From Acidobacteriota bacterium (GTDB taxonomy: Bacteria > Acidobacteriota > UBA6911), in contig OY761556.1 in assembly GCA_963664705.1 (NCBI GenBank), forward strand, positions 4,768,001-4,832,000: a DNA stretch of 64,000 nucleotides, read 5' to 3'. The notes beneath the pieces are model-generated. The model made no database searches and was not told the DNA's origin. It saw only the letters and a program-made list of their open reading frames with translations. Position 1 is the stretch's first letter. Each line of letters opens with the position of its first letter. The position numbers and the translations under genes are program-made. Positions 1-10,535 of the stretch are shown here, piece after piece.

Positions 1-3000
1 AAGACCGGTGCAGGCCGCCTGCAGGTTATCCTTGGTTGTAACATTTGCCTTCTGAGGATCATCGACGGAAGTGAAATAGTTGCCGAAATAGTTGCCCTCC
101 TTTGCACCGGGTTCCCAATAAACCCCGATCTTGTCCCGTGGGAACGCACCGACCAGATCAGGTACGCCGGTCCCATAGAGCATGTTAAAGGCCGTGACAT
201 TCGCCGGGCTTCCGCTGCTCACATTGACAATCCAGCTCGCCTGCCAGTTCTCCAGGAATCGAGCCAACGCTCCGGTGCTGTTTTTAAACAAAAATTTGCT
301 TGGGCCGATCGGCAGATCAAAGTTCCCATAGGAGGTAAACACATGCGGGCGGTCGCTCCCCAAAACCGTGTAATCCCCTGCGCGATTCAGCGGATCCGTG
401 TATGCGGTGCCCGGATTGCCCAGATTCTTGCTCCACGTATAAGACATCTGGAAGCTGAAGCCGGCAACCGGCCGCATGGTGACCTGCGCCTGCATGGAGT
501 GATAATTCGCCGTTCCCCAGTTTGTATAAAGGTTCACGGTTCCAAACTGCGGGTTGGTAACAATGAAATTTTCAGGCAGCCCGGCCGTCCGAAGCAGCCA
601 TCCGTTGTCCGTGACGCCTCTGGGCGCATTGGGATTGGCCCAGCTGCTGATCGTGCTGGCAAGAACCGAGTAGTTCCCGTTGGCAAGCGCAGTTCGCACG
701 GCAGGTCTTCCGGTGGGGTTGCGCAGATAAGCCGCTCCTGATTTTTCGCCCCTGACCGGAGCAAAAATCTGGTCCAGCAGCTTCGCGGACGGATTTGAAT
801 CATCCCCGTAGCGCGCTGCGTTAAAGGCATCGAGCAGCCCGTTGGTCATGAAATTGGGAGTGTTGAGGTTGAAGAAATTCGAGTTCTTCCGCGTTAGGGT
901 GCCGACATAGCGGACGTCAACGGTCAGGTGAGATCCGATATTCCGAGTCAGCGCAAGCGTCAGATTCTGAATGTACGGAGTCACAAAATTGGGATCATAG
1001 ACAGAGATGGTCTGAGTCCGGTCCGTGAGCGGGATAGTCGCCATCGGTTTCGCCGTTGTCGGTACGGGGACAACGCTCGATACGCTGGCCAGATCCAGAT
1101 AGACATTGCTTGGAGTATAGGTAGCCGACGCCGTGCTTCCAGGCGGGTTTGCGATGATTCCCTCAGAGGTCGTGTTGGTCTGACCGCCTCCGACGAAACT
1201 GATCTGATATCCGCCGCGCAGGGTGGTTCTGCCTTTCCCAAACCACGGTAAAGCCCAGGAAAATCCAATGGCGGGACCAAAGTTGTTCAGGTCCTTTGAA
1301 TAGACGCCCTGATCGGGGTGATCGGAGTCGGGTCCGACAAAAATCAGTTCCGACATATCGGATCGTACTCCCGGTTTCCAGAAGGCTTCCTCCCAGTTGC
1401 GCCCCGAGATTCCGTAGGCAGCATTACCCCCGCCTTTCAGGCCGGCGGTAAGACCGTTCTTAAGAAACGGCACGCCATAATACTCATAGCGCAAGCCGAG
1501 GTTGAGCGTGAGGTTTTCGTGCACTTTCCAATCGTCTTTGACGAAGAATGAAATTTCCTTCTGACGAATATCCCGGATTTTTTGTTCCTGACCCAGGGGA
1601 TCATTCCACGCGCTGACGCTATTGGCTGTATTGATAAAATAGAGCTGGCTTACCGATGCCAGCGAACCGGAAAAGAAGTTCAGGAGGTTCTGCATCAATT
1701 GTTGGCTTCCGGTGGTCTGGGTCCCGGCCAGTCCGGGCATATTGGTGCTGTTGATTCCCTGCACCGCGAGCCCCACGGGATCTCCGCCGGTAGCATACGG
1801 ATTGATGTTCATGCCCCAGTTGGTGCCATAAACGGTGGATTGGGTTCTGTTCAATCGCAGCTCGAAACCACCCTTTAGCAGATGCTGCCCTTTGATCCAG
1901 GTAAGATTGTCGGCATAGGTCCACCGTGGACTGAGATCTTTATTTGTCCATCCCAACAGCGCGCCTCTGCCGCCAAAGAAATTGCTCGAAGCTACGGCAA
2001 ATTGTGCCCCTCCCGCTCCCGGGCTGATGACCAGGGGAAGTCCGTTTACTTTTGGAAGCTTGGCCAGGAGTTCTTTGCCGGTCTCTGGATTTTCCAGAGG
2101 GAAATACCCGTTGTTTCCCGTCCTCATCAAACCAAACCTGGCTTCATTAAGCAGCGCAGCGCTGAGCGTAGAGTTCAGGTTTACCGTTATGACCTGGGGC
2201 TGCCGCTCCGTCCGGCCGCCATAGCCGTTGGGCCAGACTTTGAAATTATTGTCAGCCCACGTCTTCTCAAGGCTCCAGGCCACATTGACCCTGTGCTTAT
2301 TGTTGAATATGTGGTCCACCTTGAGGTTGATCTGCTTCCGCTGGTTATCTTCGCCGATTCCATACATATTGTCCGCGCCGCGCGTTCCGCGCGTCCATCG
2401 GGCGCCAGCTGTATTCAGGCCGTCTGTGCCGGATAAAACATAATTGTTAGCGGCGGGCATCTGATTCAAAAAGCCCTCTATGAACCCGGTCGTGTCCACC
2501 TTCGTCCGATAAGGATCCCACGGCGACCCGCTTTTGATATCTGTGGCAGCGGTGAAATCGGAACAATCATTGGTCTTCGGTATTTTCAAAAGAGGACCAA
2601 AGATGCTCGCATAGCGGACGATGCCGTTATGCGGCTGCCAATTGGACAGGTGATTGCCTTTGGAATCGAGCATTGAAGGCTGCAGGGCCGGCGGTGTAAT
2701 GGGATTTCCGGCCGAATCCACGGTGGCAAAGGTGGCCGTCCCGGTAACGGTCAGCGTCTGATCCGCATAGCCATTATTCCAGTTGTCAAAGTAGCGGAAG
2801 ATCCCTTTGCGCGCACAAGGCGTCAATGCCAGCGCGTTATAGGAATCCCGAAGCCGCGCGATCTGTCCGTCAAACAGACCGAAAAAGAATGTTTTGTTCT
2901 TGATGATTGGTCCACCCAGGCTAAGCGTGTACTGGTTCAGATTGCGCCAGGGAGGAACAACGGATTTGCGATTATTGTCCCACTGGTTGGAGTCCAGCGC

Positions 3001-3777
3001 CGAATTCTGGATATTCCATACTCCGGCGCCATGGTATGCGTTTGTCCCGGACTTCGTTAAAACCTGGACCTGCGCATTTCCTCGTCCCATTTCAGCATCA
3101 ACAGGCGAGAGCACCATGCGGAACTCACCGACCATATCAGGATTGATCTGAGTGGGCGAATGAATGCCGGCCGGGTATCTCACATCGCTGATATCGACGC
3201 CGTCACGCTGCAGGTTCAGATTGCCTACGCTGACTCCGCCCACGGTCGTGTCGTTTGCATTGAATACGGCATTCCCCGCAACCGGCACATAGCCGGACAT
3301 GGTCCGGACGAGATCGAGCGCGTTATTGTTTACCAGCGGCAACTCTTTCACGGCTTTTTCAGCCAGCACATCGCCGGTAGAGGAACTTGATTCCAGGATC
3401 AGCCGTTCGGCGGCCACGTTAACCTCGACATCCTGGTTGAGCCCGGCGACCTGCAGCTTGCAATTCAAACGGACCTGAGCGGCATTACCAAGCTGAACAT
3501 CCGTGTAGGTCTGAAGTTGAAACCCGGGCTTTTCCACGGTCACTTTGTAACCCCCGGGAAGCAGGCTGGGAAGGTTGTATATTCCGGCAGTGTTGCTGAC
3601 AGCCGTATTGACAACTCCCGTGGCCGCATTCGTTGCTTTTATCGTTGCACCCGGCACAATGGCGCCTGTCGCGTCCAAAACTGTGCCGCTCAAACTGGCA
3701 GCGCTGGACTGGCTGAATGCCGATGCGCAGAAAAGAAGAGAAATCATCAATACTATCGCGACGCAATACCGCATCAT
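1..3777 (-). CDS. TonB-dependent receptor with N-terminal carboxypeptidase-regulatory-like domain (Acidobacteria type); 3' end runs off the window
   Basis: Absent from the ORF track because it has no stop in the window. Manual translation from ATG 3777 (RBS GAAGGA) gives signal peptide MMRYCVAIVLMISLLFCASAFSQ, then SLSGTVLDATGAIVPGATI...YNLPSLLPGGYKVTVEKPGF, plug-type INPDMVGEFRMVLSPVDAEMGRGNAQVQVLTKSGTN and NQYTLSLGGPIIKNKTFFF. Only the N-terminal part was translated in detail. Confidence 0.9.
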   Translation of the reverse strand, partial: MMRYCVAIVLMISLLFCASAFSQSSAASLSGTVLDATGAIVPGATIKATNAATGVVNTAVSNTAGIYNLPSLLPGGYKVTVEKPGFQLQTYTDVQLGNAAQVRLNCKLQVAGLNQDVEVNVAAERLILESSSSTGDVLAEKAVKELPLVNNNALDLVRTMSGYVPVAGNAVFNANDTTVGGVSVGNLNLQRDGVDISDVRYPAGIHSPTQINPDMVGEFRMVLSPVDAEMGRGNAQVQVLTKSGTNAYHGAGVWNIQNSALDSNQWDNNRKSVVPPWRNLNQYTLSLGGPIIKNKTFFFGLFDGQIARLRDSYNALALTPCARKGIFRYFDNWNNGYADQTLTVTGTATFATVDSAGNPITPPALQPSMLDSKGNHLSNWQPHNGIVRYASIFGPLLKIPKTNDCSDFTAATDIKSGSPWDPYRTKVDTTGFIEGFLNQMPAANNYVLSGTDGLNTAGARWTRGTRGADNMYGIGEDNQRKQINLKVDHIFNNKHRVNVAWSLEKTWADNNFKVWPNGYGGRTERQPQVITVNLNSTLSAALLNEARFGLMRTGNNGYFPLENPETGKELLAKLPKVNGLPLVISPGAGGAQFAVASSNFFGGRGALLGWTNKDLSPRWTYADNLTWIKGQHLLKGGFELRLNRTQSTVYGTNWGMNINPYATGGDPVGLAVQGINSTNMPGLAGTQTTGSQQLMQNLLNFFSGSLASVSQLYFINTANSVSAWNDPLGQEQKIRDIRQKEISFFVKDDWKVHENLTLNLGLRYEYYGVPFLKNGLTAGLKGGGNAAYGISGRNWEEAFWKPGVRSDMSELIFVGPDSDHPDQGVYSKDLNNFGPAIGFSWALPWFGKGRTTLRGGYQISFVGGGQTNTTSEGIIANPPGSTASATYTPSNVYLDLASVSSVVPVPTTAKPMATIPLTDRTQTISVYDPNFVTPYIQNLTLALTRNIGSHLTVDVRYVGTLTRKNSNFFNLNTPNFMTNGLLDAFNAARYGDDSNPSAKLLDQIFAPVRGEKSGAAYLRNPTGRPAVRTALANGNYSVLASTISSWANPNAPRGVTDNGWLLRTAGLPENFIVTNPQFGTVNLYTNWGTANYHSMQAQVTMRPVAGFSFQMSYTWSKNLGNPGTAYTDPLNRAGDYTVLGSDRPHVFTSYGNFDLPIGPSKFLFKNSTGALARFLENWQASWIVNVSSGSPANVTAFNMLYGTGVPDLVGAFPRDKIGVYWEPGAKEGNYFGNYFTSVDDPQKANVTTKDNLQAACTGL

Positions 3778-4248
3778 GGTTTTTTCCTTCGATCCACAAG
3801 CCGGGTCGCCCATTCCACTGCCTGGCGGTTCCCGGGAAAATCTGAGTTTGTTTCGCGTACCTCTCTGACGAATGCGGCGGGACATCCGAATACCTATGGC
3901 CATTCGCCGGTTTCGCTTAATGACAAGCCGAAGAACTGTGTCCCCCGGGTTCATTTGGCTCATCCAGTTACGCTTTCTGGAAATGCTTTGAAGGAAGTAT
4001 CATTTTTCACTGTGGAAATTGTCAAGACGATTGTTTCTATTTAGAAACAGTTGTTTTGTTTTCTATACTATTCTTATCCATGCGGCTTCCACGGCTTCGC
4101 CGGGAATGCAGCTCCCCGACGCCCGCCTCTCGAAGACAAGCTCCCCTCGGGGCCATAAGGTATCTCTTGCCGTTTCCGCAGAATGGCTAAAGAATGTCAT
4201 TGGGCTTTGAAGGGAAATCGCGCTGATTTATCCGATAGGAGAGGATTC

Positions 4249-5082
4249 ATGCCGGCACCGCAAACTGCGACGCTTTACAACACCGCTATTTTGAAGTTCC
4301 AGAGTTTTCAGATTCAACTGCCTGCCACGCCGGTGGTGCAAGTACCGCTGACCAGGCTTTCAGCTCAGCCGATTTCAAAAGTATCTGCGCCGGCTCCCTC
4401 GGGGCCGGAACTGTTCCGGCCGGCTTCAAGCCGTTCCCAGGATATTGACCGGCAGCGTCAATTGAACAGCCAATATGCAAAGCTGTTCCAGGGCATGAGC
4501 ACGGGCATCGTTGCGGCCTGGCAGCTCTTTCACGCCTTCGCAATCCTGAAGGATGTTCTCATCAACGGCCCCACCGCTGTCGCAGGGCAGATCCTTTGCC
4601 CAAATCTGGAAATGATCGTGGTCGCCCAATCGATCGATGCAGGAACAGGTTTGCAGGAAATGGAAATCCGTAAACAGGTCGCCAAGACTTTCTGGACCAA
4701 TTGGCAGCAGACGATGAATACAGTGATTGTGCCGGGTTTGCCGTGGTATCCCTCGTTCGTTGCCGTGCCCTCGCCAGTCGCACCGCCCACGCCCAATACG
4801 CCCATGCCCTTCGCGGCTCTAACCAGAAATAGCCTGTTTATGACAAAGTCCTGGCTGACGATGGGCCTTACCAATGCCCTCCAAGGCAAGCTGGACTATT
4901 CCGGGCAATTCAGTGAAGCGCTGGCAACGAGTATCGAGTCCGTTTTCAACCAATGGGTCCTGCAGACAATGGTGACGCAGGTCCTGGGCACGGGTCCCGT
5001 TCCAACCTTCGCCCCACCCTACGTGCCGGTGGGACCGGTTGTGGGCGGTACCGGAACCATGGTTCCGGGCGGTTTTGTCTAA
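4249..5082 (+). CDS. Hypothetical Pro/Gly-rich protein (277 aa)
   Basis: RBS AGGAGAGG before ATG 4249 (ORF track starts at 4183); distinctive motifs VPGLPWYPSF and VLGTGPVPTFAPPYVPVGPVVGG; no signal peptide. Confidence 0.75.
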   Translation: MPAPQTATLYNTAILKFQSFQIQLPATPVVQVPLTRLSAQPISKVSAPAPSGPELFRPASSRSQDIDRQRQLNSQYAKLFQGMSTGIVAAWQLFHAFAILKDVLINGPTAVAGQILCPNLEMIVVAQSIDAGTGLQEMEIRKQVAKTFWTNWQQTMNTVIVPGLPWYPSFVAVPSPVAPPTPNTPMPFAALTRNSLFMTKSWLTMGLTNALQGKLDYSGQFSEALATSIESVFNQWVLQTMVTQVLGTGPVPTFAPPYVPVGPVVGGTGTMVPGGFV

Positions 5083-5102
5083 AATACGCAGCAGGCGCTC
5101 CC

Positions 5103-6527
5103 TCAGGCTTTTCGAATAAACTCGATTCGATAATTAGCCTCGGGGTGCCGCTGGGAAGGACCTGCGACCAGGACTGCCAGTGACCCGGCAAGGCTTCCCT
5201 GCGCCAGCCATTGGGCTGTTTCCTTCCCCCAATCCTCCGGCTCCTGGCTGAATTCCACCGGAACCACGCCGTAGGAAAACAGCAGTCCCTGGCATACCGT
5301 TGCCTGGCGGCTGAACGCATAGATCGGGACATTCGGCTTGTAGCGCGAAATCATGCGCGCCGTATCGCCGCTATGAGTTGGGACAACCAGGCAATCGCAG
5401 GCGGCGGTTTCCAGAATGTGTTCCACAAAGCTCGAAATGGTTTCCGAGAAGTGAAGCGGATGCCGGGCGCGGCTGATGCGCTGCAGGTCTTCAATGCTGG
5501 CCCCGGAGCGGTGATTCTCGGTGGCGGCAGCAATCCGTGACAAAGTGGCAACCGCCTCTTCGGGAAATCTGCCCATGGCGGATTCGCCGGAGAGCATCAC
5601 ACAATCCGTCCCATCCAAAATGGCGTTCGCGACATCCGTGGCTTCAGCCCGCGTGGGAATCCTGGAGGCCATCATCGATTCCAGCATTTGTGTTGCGGTA
5701 ATAACAGGCTTGCCGGCAAGATTGGCTTTGGCAATCAGTTCCTTTTGCAAAACAGCCATCTGTTCGATCGGAACTTCCACGCCAAGATCGCCCCGGGCGA
5801 CCATGATTCCATCCGCGGCTTTGAGGATGTCGTCATAATTCTTCAGCGCACTGTAGCGCTCAATTTTGGCAATGATGAATGGATTCTTTCCCAGTGCCCG
5901 CGCGGCCGAGCGGACAGACTCAATATCGGAGGCGCTTTCCACAAAGGACTGGCTGACCGCATCCACATTATTGGCCAGCGCGAATTCCAGGCAAGCCCGA
6001 TCATGATCGGTAAAAGCGCTGATGCCAAGCGCGACTCCCGGCAGGTTCAGTCCTTTCTTCGAGCGTATCTCTCCGCCGACGGTAACGAGGCAATGCACAT
6101 CGGGTCCGACAACACCGGTCACTTCCAACTGTACCAGGCCATCGTTGAGATACAGCCGGTCCCCCGCTTTGACAACCTGGGAGAGCTTCTCAAAACTGAC
6201 GGAAGCCCGCGCCAGATTTCCAACGACGGGTTCAGTCGTCAACGTGAAGGAACTCCCCGCTTCAAGTTCAACCGGTTCGGGATCGATGTTCCCCAGGCGC
6301 ATTTTGGGACCGGGCAAATCCGCCATAATGGCAATCCGCATGCCCGTCCCCTGCATCGCATCCCGGATCTTCTTGATGCGCTCGGCATGTTGTTGAAAAT
6401 CGCCATGCGAAAAATTTAATCGTGCAATGTTCATGCCCGCCCGGATCAGTTTCTCCAGCATAGCCGAAGAATCGGACGCCGGCCCGATGGTGGCTACTAT
6501 CTTGGTGTTATGATTCAACCTCAGCAT
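5103..6527 (-). CDS. pyk: Pyruvate kinase
   Basis: TKIVATIGPAS, ARLNFSHG, DLPGPKMR, IIAKIE, IMVARGDLGVE, ATQMLESM, MLSGESA motifs; RBS GAGGAG favours ATG 6527. Confidence 0.97.
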   Translation of the reverse strand: MLRLNHNTKIVATIGPASDSSAMLEKLIRAGMNIARLNFSHGDFQQHAERIKKIRDAMQGTGMRIAIMADLPGPKMRLGNIDPEPVELEAGSSFTLTTEPVVGNLARASVSFEKLSQVVKAGDRLYLNDGLVQLEVTGVVGPDVHCLVTVGGEIRSKKGLNLPGVALGISAFTDHDRACLEFALANNVDAVSQSFVESASDIESVRSAARALGKNPFIIAKIERYSALKNYDDILKAADGIMVARGDLGVEVPIEQMAVLQKELIAKANLAGKPVITATQMLESMMASRIPTRAEATDVANAILDGTDCVMLSGESAMGRFPEEAVATLSRIAAATENHRSGASIEDLQRISRARHPLHFSETISSFVEHILETAACDCLVVPTHSGDTARMISRYKPNVPIYAFSRQATVCQGLLFSYGVVPVEFSQEPEDWGKETAQWLAQGSLAGSLAVLVAGPSQRHPEANYRIEFIRKA

Positions 6528-6942
6528 AAATCTCCTCGGAGAAGCATCTGTCATTGCGTCAGAACCCATCTCGATGCAAAGGCCGGCCGGAAGGATATTT
6601 CACGAGCTTGCGGCGAAGCGATCTGTCTCCCGGCTGCTGTCCTTTATTGCCCTATCAATTTCGGCATCGCGGGAATTATGGGCATATTTGAAATCTTGTT
6701 CGGTTGATTTTGAATCGCCTGTCATGCTTGAGGGATTTGTCCTGCTGCAAAACTCCCCCGAATCTCTGCGCGCATAGCCCTAATCATACAATAACGGGGT
6801 TGGACCGAAGGAAGGTATTTGTTGCCAAATAGATATCCCATCCATACTCACCGGAAATCCGCCTCGAACGCGTTTTTCACAAAAGGCCGGCACCCATTCT
6901 GCAAGTCCGATAGGCAACAATGCTGGCACCTCGCGCATAGCT

Positions 6943-6995
6943 GTCACAGATTTGTGACCTATCGCTTGACAATGCAATGGCAACTTTTATAGCCT
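6943..6995 (+). promoter_or_regulatory. Putative sigma70 promoter of the flavoprotein gene with an adjacent inverted-repeat operator
   Basis: GTCACA-gatt-TGTGAC at 6943-6958, perfect TTGACA at 6966-6971, TATAGC/TAGCCT at 6988-6995. Confidence 0.5.
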
Positions 6996-7090
6996 GCCCC
7001 CGCGACCTTTTACACCTTGTGACACAGGCATAGCTTTGTAGCGGACCTCATCCATCATTAGCAATACCCGTCAGGGAAAAGGAAGAAAAT

Positions 7091-8638
7091 ATGAAAGCAT
7101 CCAGAAGGAACTTCCTCAAGGCCACAGCAACAGGTATGGGTTCAGCCGCGCTCGCCGGGTTTGGTGCGACGGAAGCCGGCGCAACGCCATCCGATTCAAT
7201 CAAAAAATGGGATTACCAGGCAGAAATCGTCGTGCTCGGCCTCGGGGCTGCCGGGCTCATGACTGCCATTACGGCTTACGACCAGGGTGCCGATGTGCTG
7301 ATACTGGAAAAAGCCCCTGAAGCCCACGCCGGCGGGAATACGCGGGTTAGCGGGCAAGGGTACTGGTGCCCCTCTGATTCGAACAAGGCCTTCGATTATC
7401 AGAAGGCCATGAGCGGCGGCTACCCCATTCCAGATGAAATGGCAAAGGTCTTCCACGAAGGCTCGATCCATGTAACCGAGTGGCTCACCAAGATGGGCGC
7501 CGACATGCGGACGATGCCCTCAGCCGGTGAATATCCGGAGTTCCCGGGCGGCGCCGGAAATGTCTGTTGGTCCACCAAGGGCAACGGCTACCAGCGTCTA
7601 TGGCTTCTGCTGATGGAGAACGCCTTTCAGAAAAGAAAAGTCAGAGTTCAGTATGAAACGCCCGCAGTGGAACTGATTCGTGATGCGAAGACCGGCGAGG
7701 TCCGCGGAGTTGTAGCGGAAAACAAAGGCAGGAAGTTGTATGTCAAGGCGAAGAAAGCCGTCGTCATGTGCACCGGCGGGTTTGAAAACAATCAGGAAAT
7801 GATTCGCGACTATCTCGGCATGCCTTATGCGTATCCCAAGGGAAGCCCCTATAATACCGGCGATGGCATCCGGATGGCGATGGCGATCGGAGCGGATCTC
7901 TGGCACATGGACAACCAGGCCGGACCCGACTTCAATTTCCACATCCCCGGAAAAGACTGGGCTTTCGGCTATTCATTCTCTCCTCCGGGGAACGGCTGGA
8001 TTTGGGTTGCCAAGGACGCAACGCGTTTTACCAATGAAGGCTACGGCACAAAACATGGCAAAATACCGTTCCATGGTATCTACATCCATGTCCCCACCCC
8101 GCTTCCCGTTCATCTTGTCTTCGATGAGACCATGAGAAAAGCCGGCCCGTTGTATCCTCAGGAATATTTCTTCTGCTGGTGGTCGCAGATAGAAAAATAC
8201 AAATGGAGCCAGGACAGCAGTGCCGAAATCGAAAAGGGATGGATTGTCAAAGCCGATACGCTGAAAGAGCTGGCGGCAAAGATAGGCAAGAATCCGGAAT
8301 CGCTCGAGAAAACAGTCGCCACCTGGAACAAATCGTGCGCTGCGGGCAACGACTCGGAATTCGGACGGGATCCCAAAAAGATGGCCCCTATTCAAACGCC
8401 GCCTTTCTATGCGACCGAGTTTGTTCCCGCGTTCACCAATACTCAAGGCGGGCCGCGCCGCAATGCCAATTGCCAGGTCCTGGACACTAACAAAAAACCT
8501 ATTCCAAGGCTATATTCGGCCGGCGAATTGGGAGCCATCTACAGCTGGCATTACCAGGGCGGCGGCAATATTCTTGAATGCATCGTCTTTGGACGCGTTG
8601 CCGGGCAGCGTTCTGTTGCGGAAAAACCCTGGACCTAA
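7091..8638 (+). CDS. Tat-exported FAD-binding oxidoreductase (FAD_binding_2; flavocytochrome c / fumarate reductase / 3-ketosteroid dehydrogenase-like)
   Basis: SRRNFLK twin-arginine signal; VVLGLGAAGL Rossmann motif; LEK..GGNT, CTGGFENN, NTGDGIRMA, TQGG, IPRLYSAGE and GRVAG motifs; no CxxCH. Confidence 0.9.
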   Translation: MKASRRNFLKATATGMGSAALAGFGATEAGATPSDSIKKWDYQAEIVVLGLGAAGLMTAITAYDQGADVLILEKAPEAHAGGNTRVSGQGYWCPSDSNKAFDYQKAMSGGYPIPDEMAKVFHEGSIHVTEWLTKMGADMRTMPSAGEYPEFPGGAGNVCWSTKGNGYQRLWLLLMENAFQKRKVRVQYETPAVELIRDAKTGEVRGVVAENKGRKLYVKAKKAVVMCTGGFENNQEMIRDYLGMPYAYPKGSPYNTGDGIRMAMAIGADLWHMDNQAGPDFNFHIPGKDWAFGYSFSPPGNGWIWVAKDATRFTNEGYGTKHGKIPFHGIYIHVPTPLPVHLVFDETMRKAGPLYPQEYFFCWWSQIEKYKWSQDSSAEIEKGWIVKADTLKELAAKIGKNPESLEKTVATWNKSCAAGNDSEFGRDPKKMAPIQTPPFYATEFVPAFTNTQGGPRRNANCQVLDTNKKPIPRLYSAGELGAIYSWHYQGGGNILECIVFGRVAGQRSVAEKPWT

Positions 8639-8666
8639 GGATTGTGGTCTGTTGAAATCGGCCCAA

Positions 8667-8725
8667 GATTTGTGGAGTTCGTGACAGAGGCATGGGCAAT
8701 AAATCTGTCGCGCACTCCACAAATC
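8667..8725. repeat. Long imperfect hairpin (REP-like or terminator) downstream of the flavoprotein gene
   Basis: GATTTGTGGAGTTCGTGACAGA ... TCTGTCGCGCACTCCACAAATC inverted repeat. Confidence 0.6.
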
Positions 8726-9097
8726 ACCCTCAATAACTGGAGACCGCAGCTCTCGGATGAACTCACGATTTGCCCTGACCTCGGCCTATCGACCGCACTC
8801 AAACCCTTGAACCGTTCGACAATGACCGCGCCGGTCTGCTGCTCATATCCGGACTGCGCCTCTTCCTGCGTGAAAAACCGTGTACCCGGCACAGCTAAAA
8901 ATCCAAAAAGCAAAGCATGGGATTGATCCTGCTGCGCCAAACGACTACGATTTTTGTATACCCCCCCAGAGAATAAAAACAAAAAAGGAAAAGTCCTCAT
9001 TTGAGCCGGCCGTAATGAAATTGCAAATTTAAGGAATCCAATTGAAGAACCAAATCGCCGGTGGTCTCAGGCGAAATCCGGAATAAGGAGAACCATC

Positions 9098-10513
9098 ATG
9101 ATGTTGCCTGGAAGCCAGGGCTGCTTTATCCGCAAAATCATGTTTTGGGCAATGATCGCCGGGACGGCGGCACATCTTCCTGCTCAGCAGGAGAGTTCCC
9201 AGGCCGGGAGCTTGACGCTTTCGCTGGCGGTAAAGGCCGCACTGAACAACTATCCTTCCATTCAGGTTTCCCGGGAACAGATAGCGTCCGCGGCGGCCGG
9301 AATCGACCTCGCCCGCACAGCCTACCTTCCAAGAATTGATGTATTGGCCCAGATCGATCGAGCGACCAGAAACAATGTCTTTGGTCTGCTTATGCCTCAA
9401 AGTGTGATCCCGTCCATATCTGGACCGGTACTCGGAACTAACAATTCCGGCACCGTGTGGGGAAGCGCGGTTGGGACCCTGGTCTCCTGGGAACCATTCG
9501 ATTTCGGGCTTCGGCGCGCTAATGTCAACGCTGCCAGGGCAGGGCGTGAACAGTCTAAAGCCGGGCTTGAGAAATCGCGCTATGATGTGGCTGTCGCCGC
9601 CGCCGATGCCTATCTCACGCTCGTAGCGGCTCGGGAGACCATTCGTGGAGCGCAGGCCGGAGTGGACCGATCCCAGTCCATTCTTGAAACGATCCTTGCG
9701 CTCGTAAAAGCGGAGTTGCGTCCAGGCGCAGATGGTTCAAGAGCCGAGGCAGAATTGGCAGCGGCCAGGACACAACTTATCCAGGCGCAACAGGCTTATG
9801 AAATTGCGCGCGCCAATCTGTCCCGTTTCGTGGGCCTCGATCCAAACCGCATAGAAACCTCCGCGTCAAAACTGCTGCAGCTTCCTCCTTCCTCGAATCC
9901 CATTCCTGTGGATATCGCTTCAAATCCGGTAGCTCACGAACAGAATGCCGTCATTGAGCAGTTGCGCTCGCAGCAAAAAGCCCTGCAACGATCCTATTAC
10001 CCACGCTTTTTCCTCCAGGGATCCGCCTATGCGCGAGGGACCGGTGCAGAGACAAATGGCGACAGGCTGGGAGGACTCAACGGCACGGCTCCTAATATTC
10101 CCAATTATGCCTTGGGCCTTACCGTGACCTTTCCCTTGATGGATTTCGCGGCTATCCACGCCCGGGAGTCTGATCAAGCGGCTCGGATCCGGCGCGAAAC
10201 AGCCCGCTATCAGCAGATCGCCACAGATTTGAAAGCTCAATGGAATGCCGCCGAAGCAGCGCTCCAGGGAGCCAGAAGGATTGCGGCCCACATGCCGGTC
10301 CAGGTATCCGCCGCACGCACCAGTCTCTCACAGGCAACTGCACGTTATCAGTCGGGGCTTGGAAACATTGACGAGGTCGCCGAATCCCAGCGCCTGCTCA
10401 CGCAAGCGGAAATCAACGACTCACTGGCGCGGCTCGGCATCTGGCGAGCGCTGCTTTCGGTAGCCCAGGTCACAGGCGACCTCCAACCCTTCCTTGTGGA
10501 GGCAAGCCAATGA
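9098..10513 (+). CDS. TolC-family outer membrane efflux protein
   Basis: Signal peptide, LTLSLAVKAALNNYPSI, two OEP repeats (YLPRI, YYPRF), ARYQSGLGNIDEV; first gene of the efflux operon. Confidence 0.92.
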   Translation: MMLPGSQGCFIRKIMFWAMIAGTAAHLPAQQESSQAGSLTLSLAVKAALNNYPSIQVSREQIASAAAGIDLARTAYLPRIDVLAQIDRATRNNVFGLLMPQSVIPSISGPVLGTNNSGTVWGSAVGTLVSWEPFDFGLRRANVNAARAGREQSKAGLEKSRYDVAVAAADAYLTLVAARETIRGAQAGVDRSQSILETILALVKAELRPGADGSRAEAELAAARTQLIQAQQAYEIARANLSRFVGLDPNRIETSASKLLQLPPSSNPIPVDIASNPVAHEQNAVIEQLRSQQKALQRSYYPRFFLQGSAYARGTGAETNGDRLGGLNGTAPNIPNYALGLTVTFPLMDFAAIHARESDQAARIRRETARYQQIATDLKAQWNAAEAALQGARRIAAHMPVQVSAARTSLSQATARYQSGLGNIDEVAESQRLLTQAEINDSLARLGIWRALLSVAQVTGDLQPFLVEASQ

Positions 10514-10535
10514 ATCTTTTCCGGAGAGGTGAAGA

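Noticed and set aside
343-3868. Many plus-strand and short minus-strand ORFs over the TonB receptor
   Set aside because: Shadow ORFs overlapping a long convincing minus-strand gene in GC-rich DNA.
8635-9000. 121-aa minus-strand ORF between the flavoprotein and tolC
   Set aside because: No recognisable motif, and it overlaps a hairpin and a probable promoter region; unsupported.
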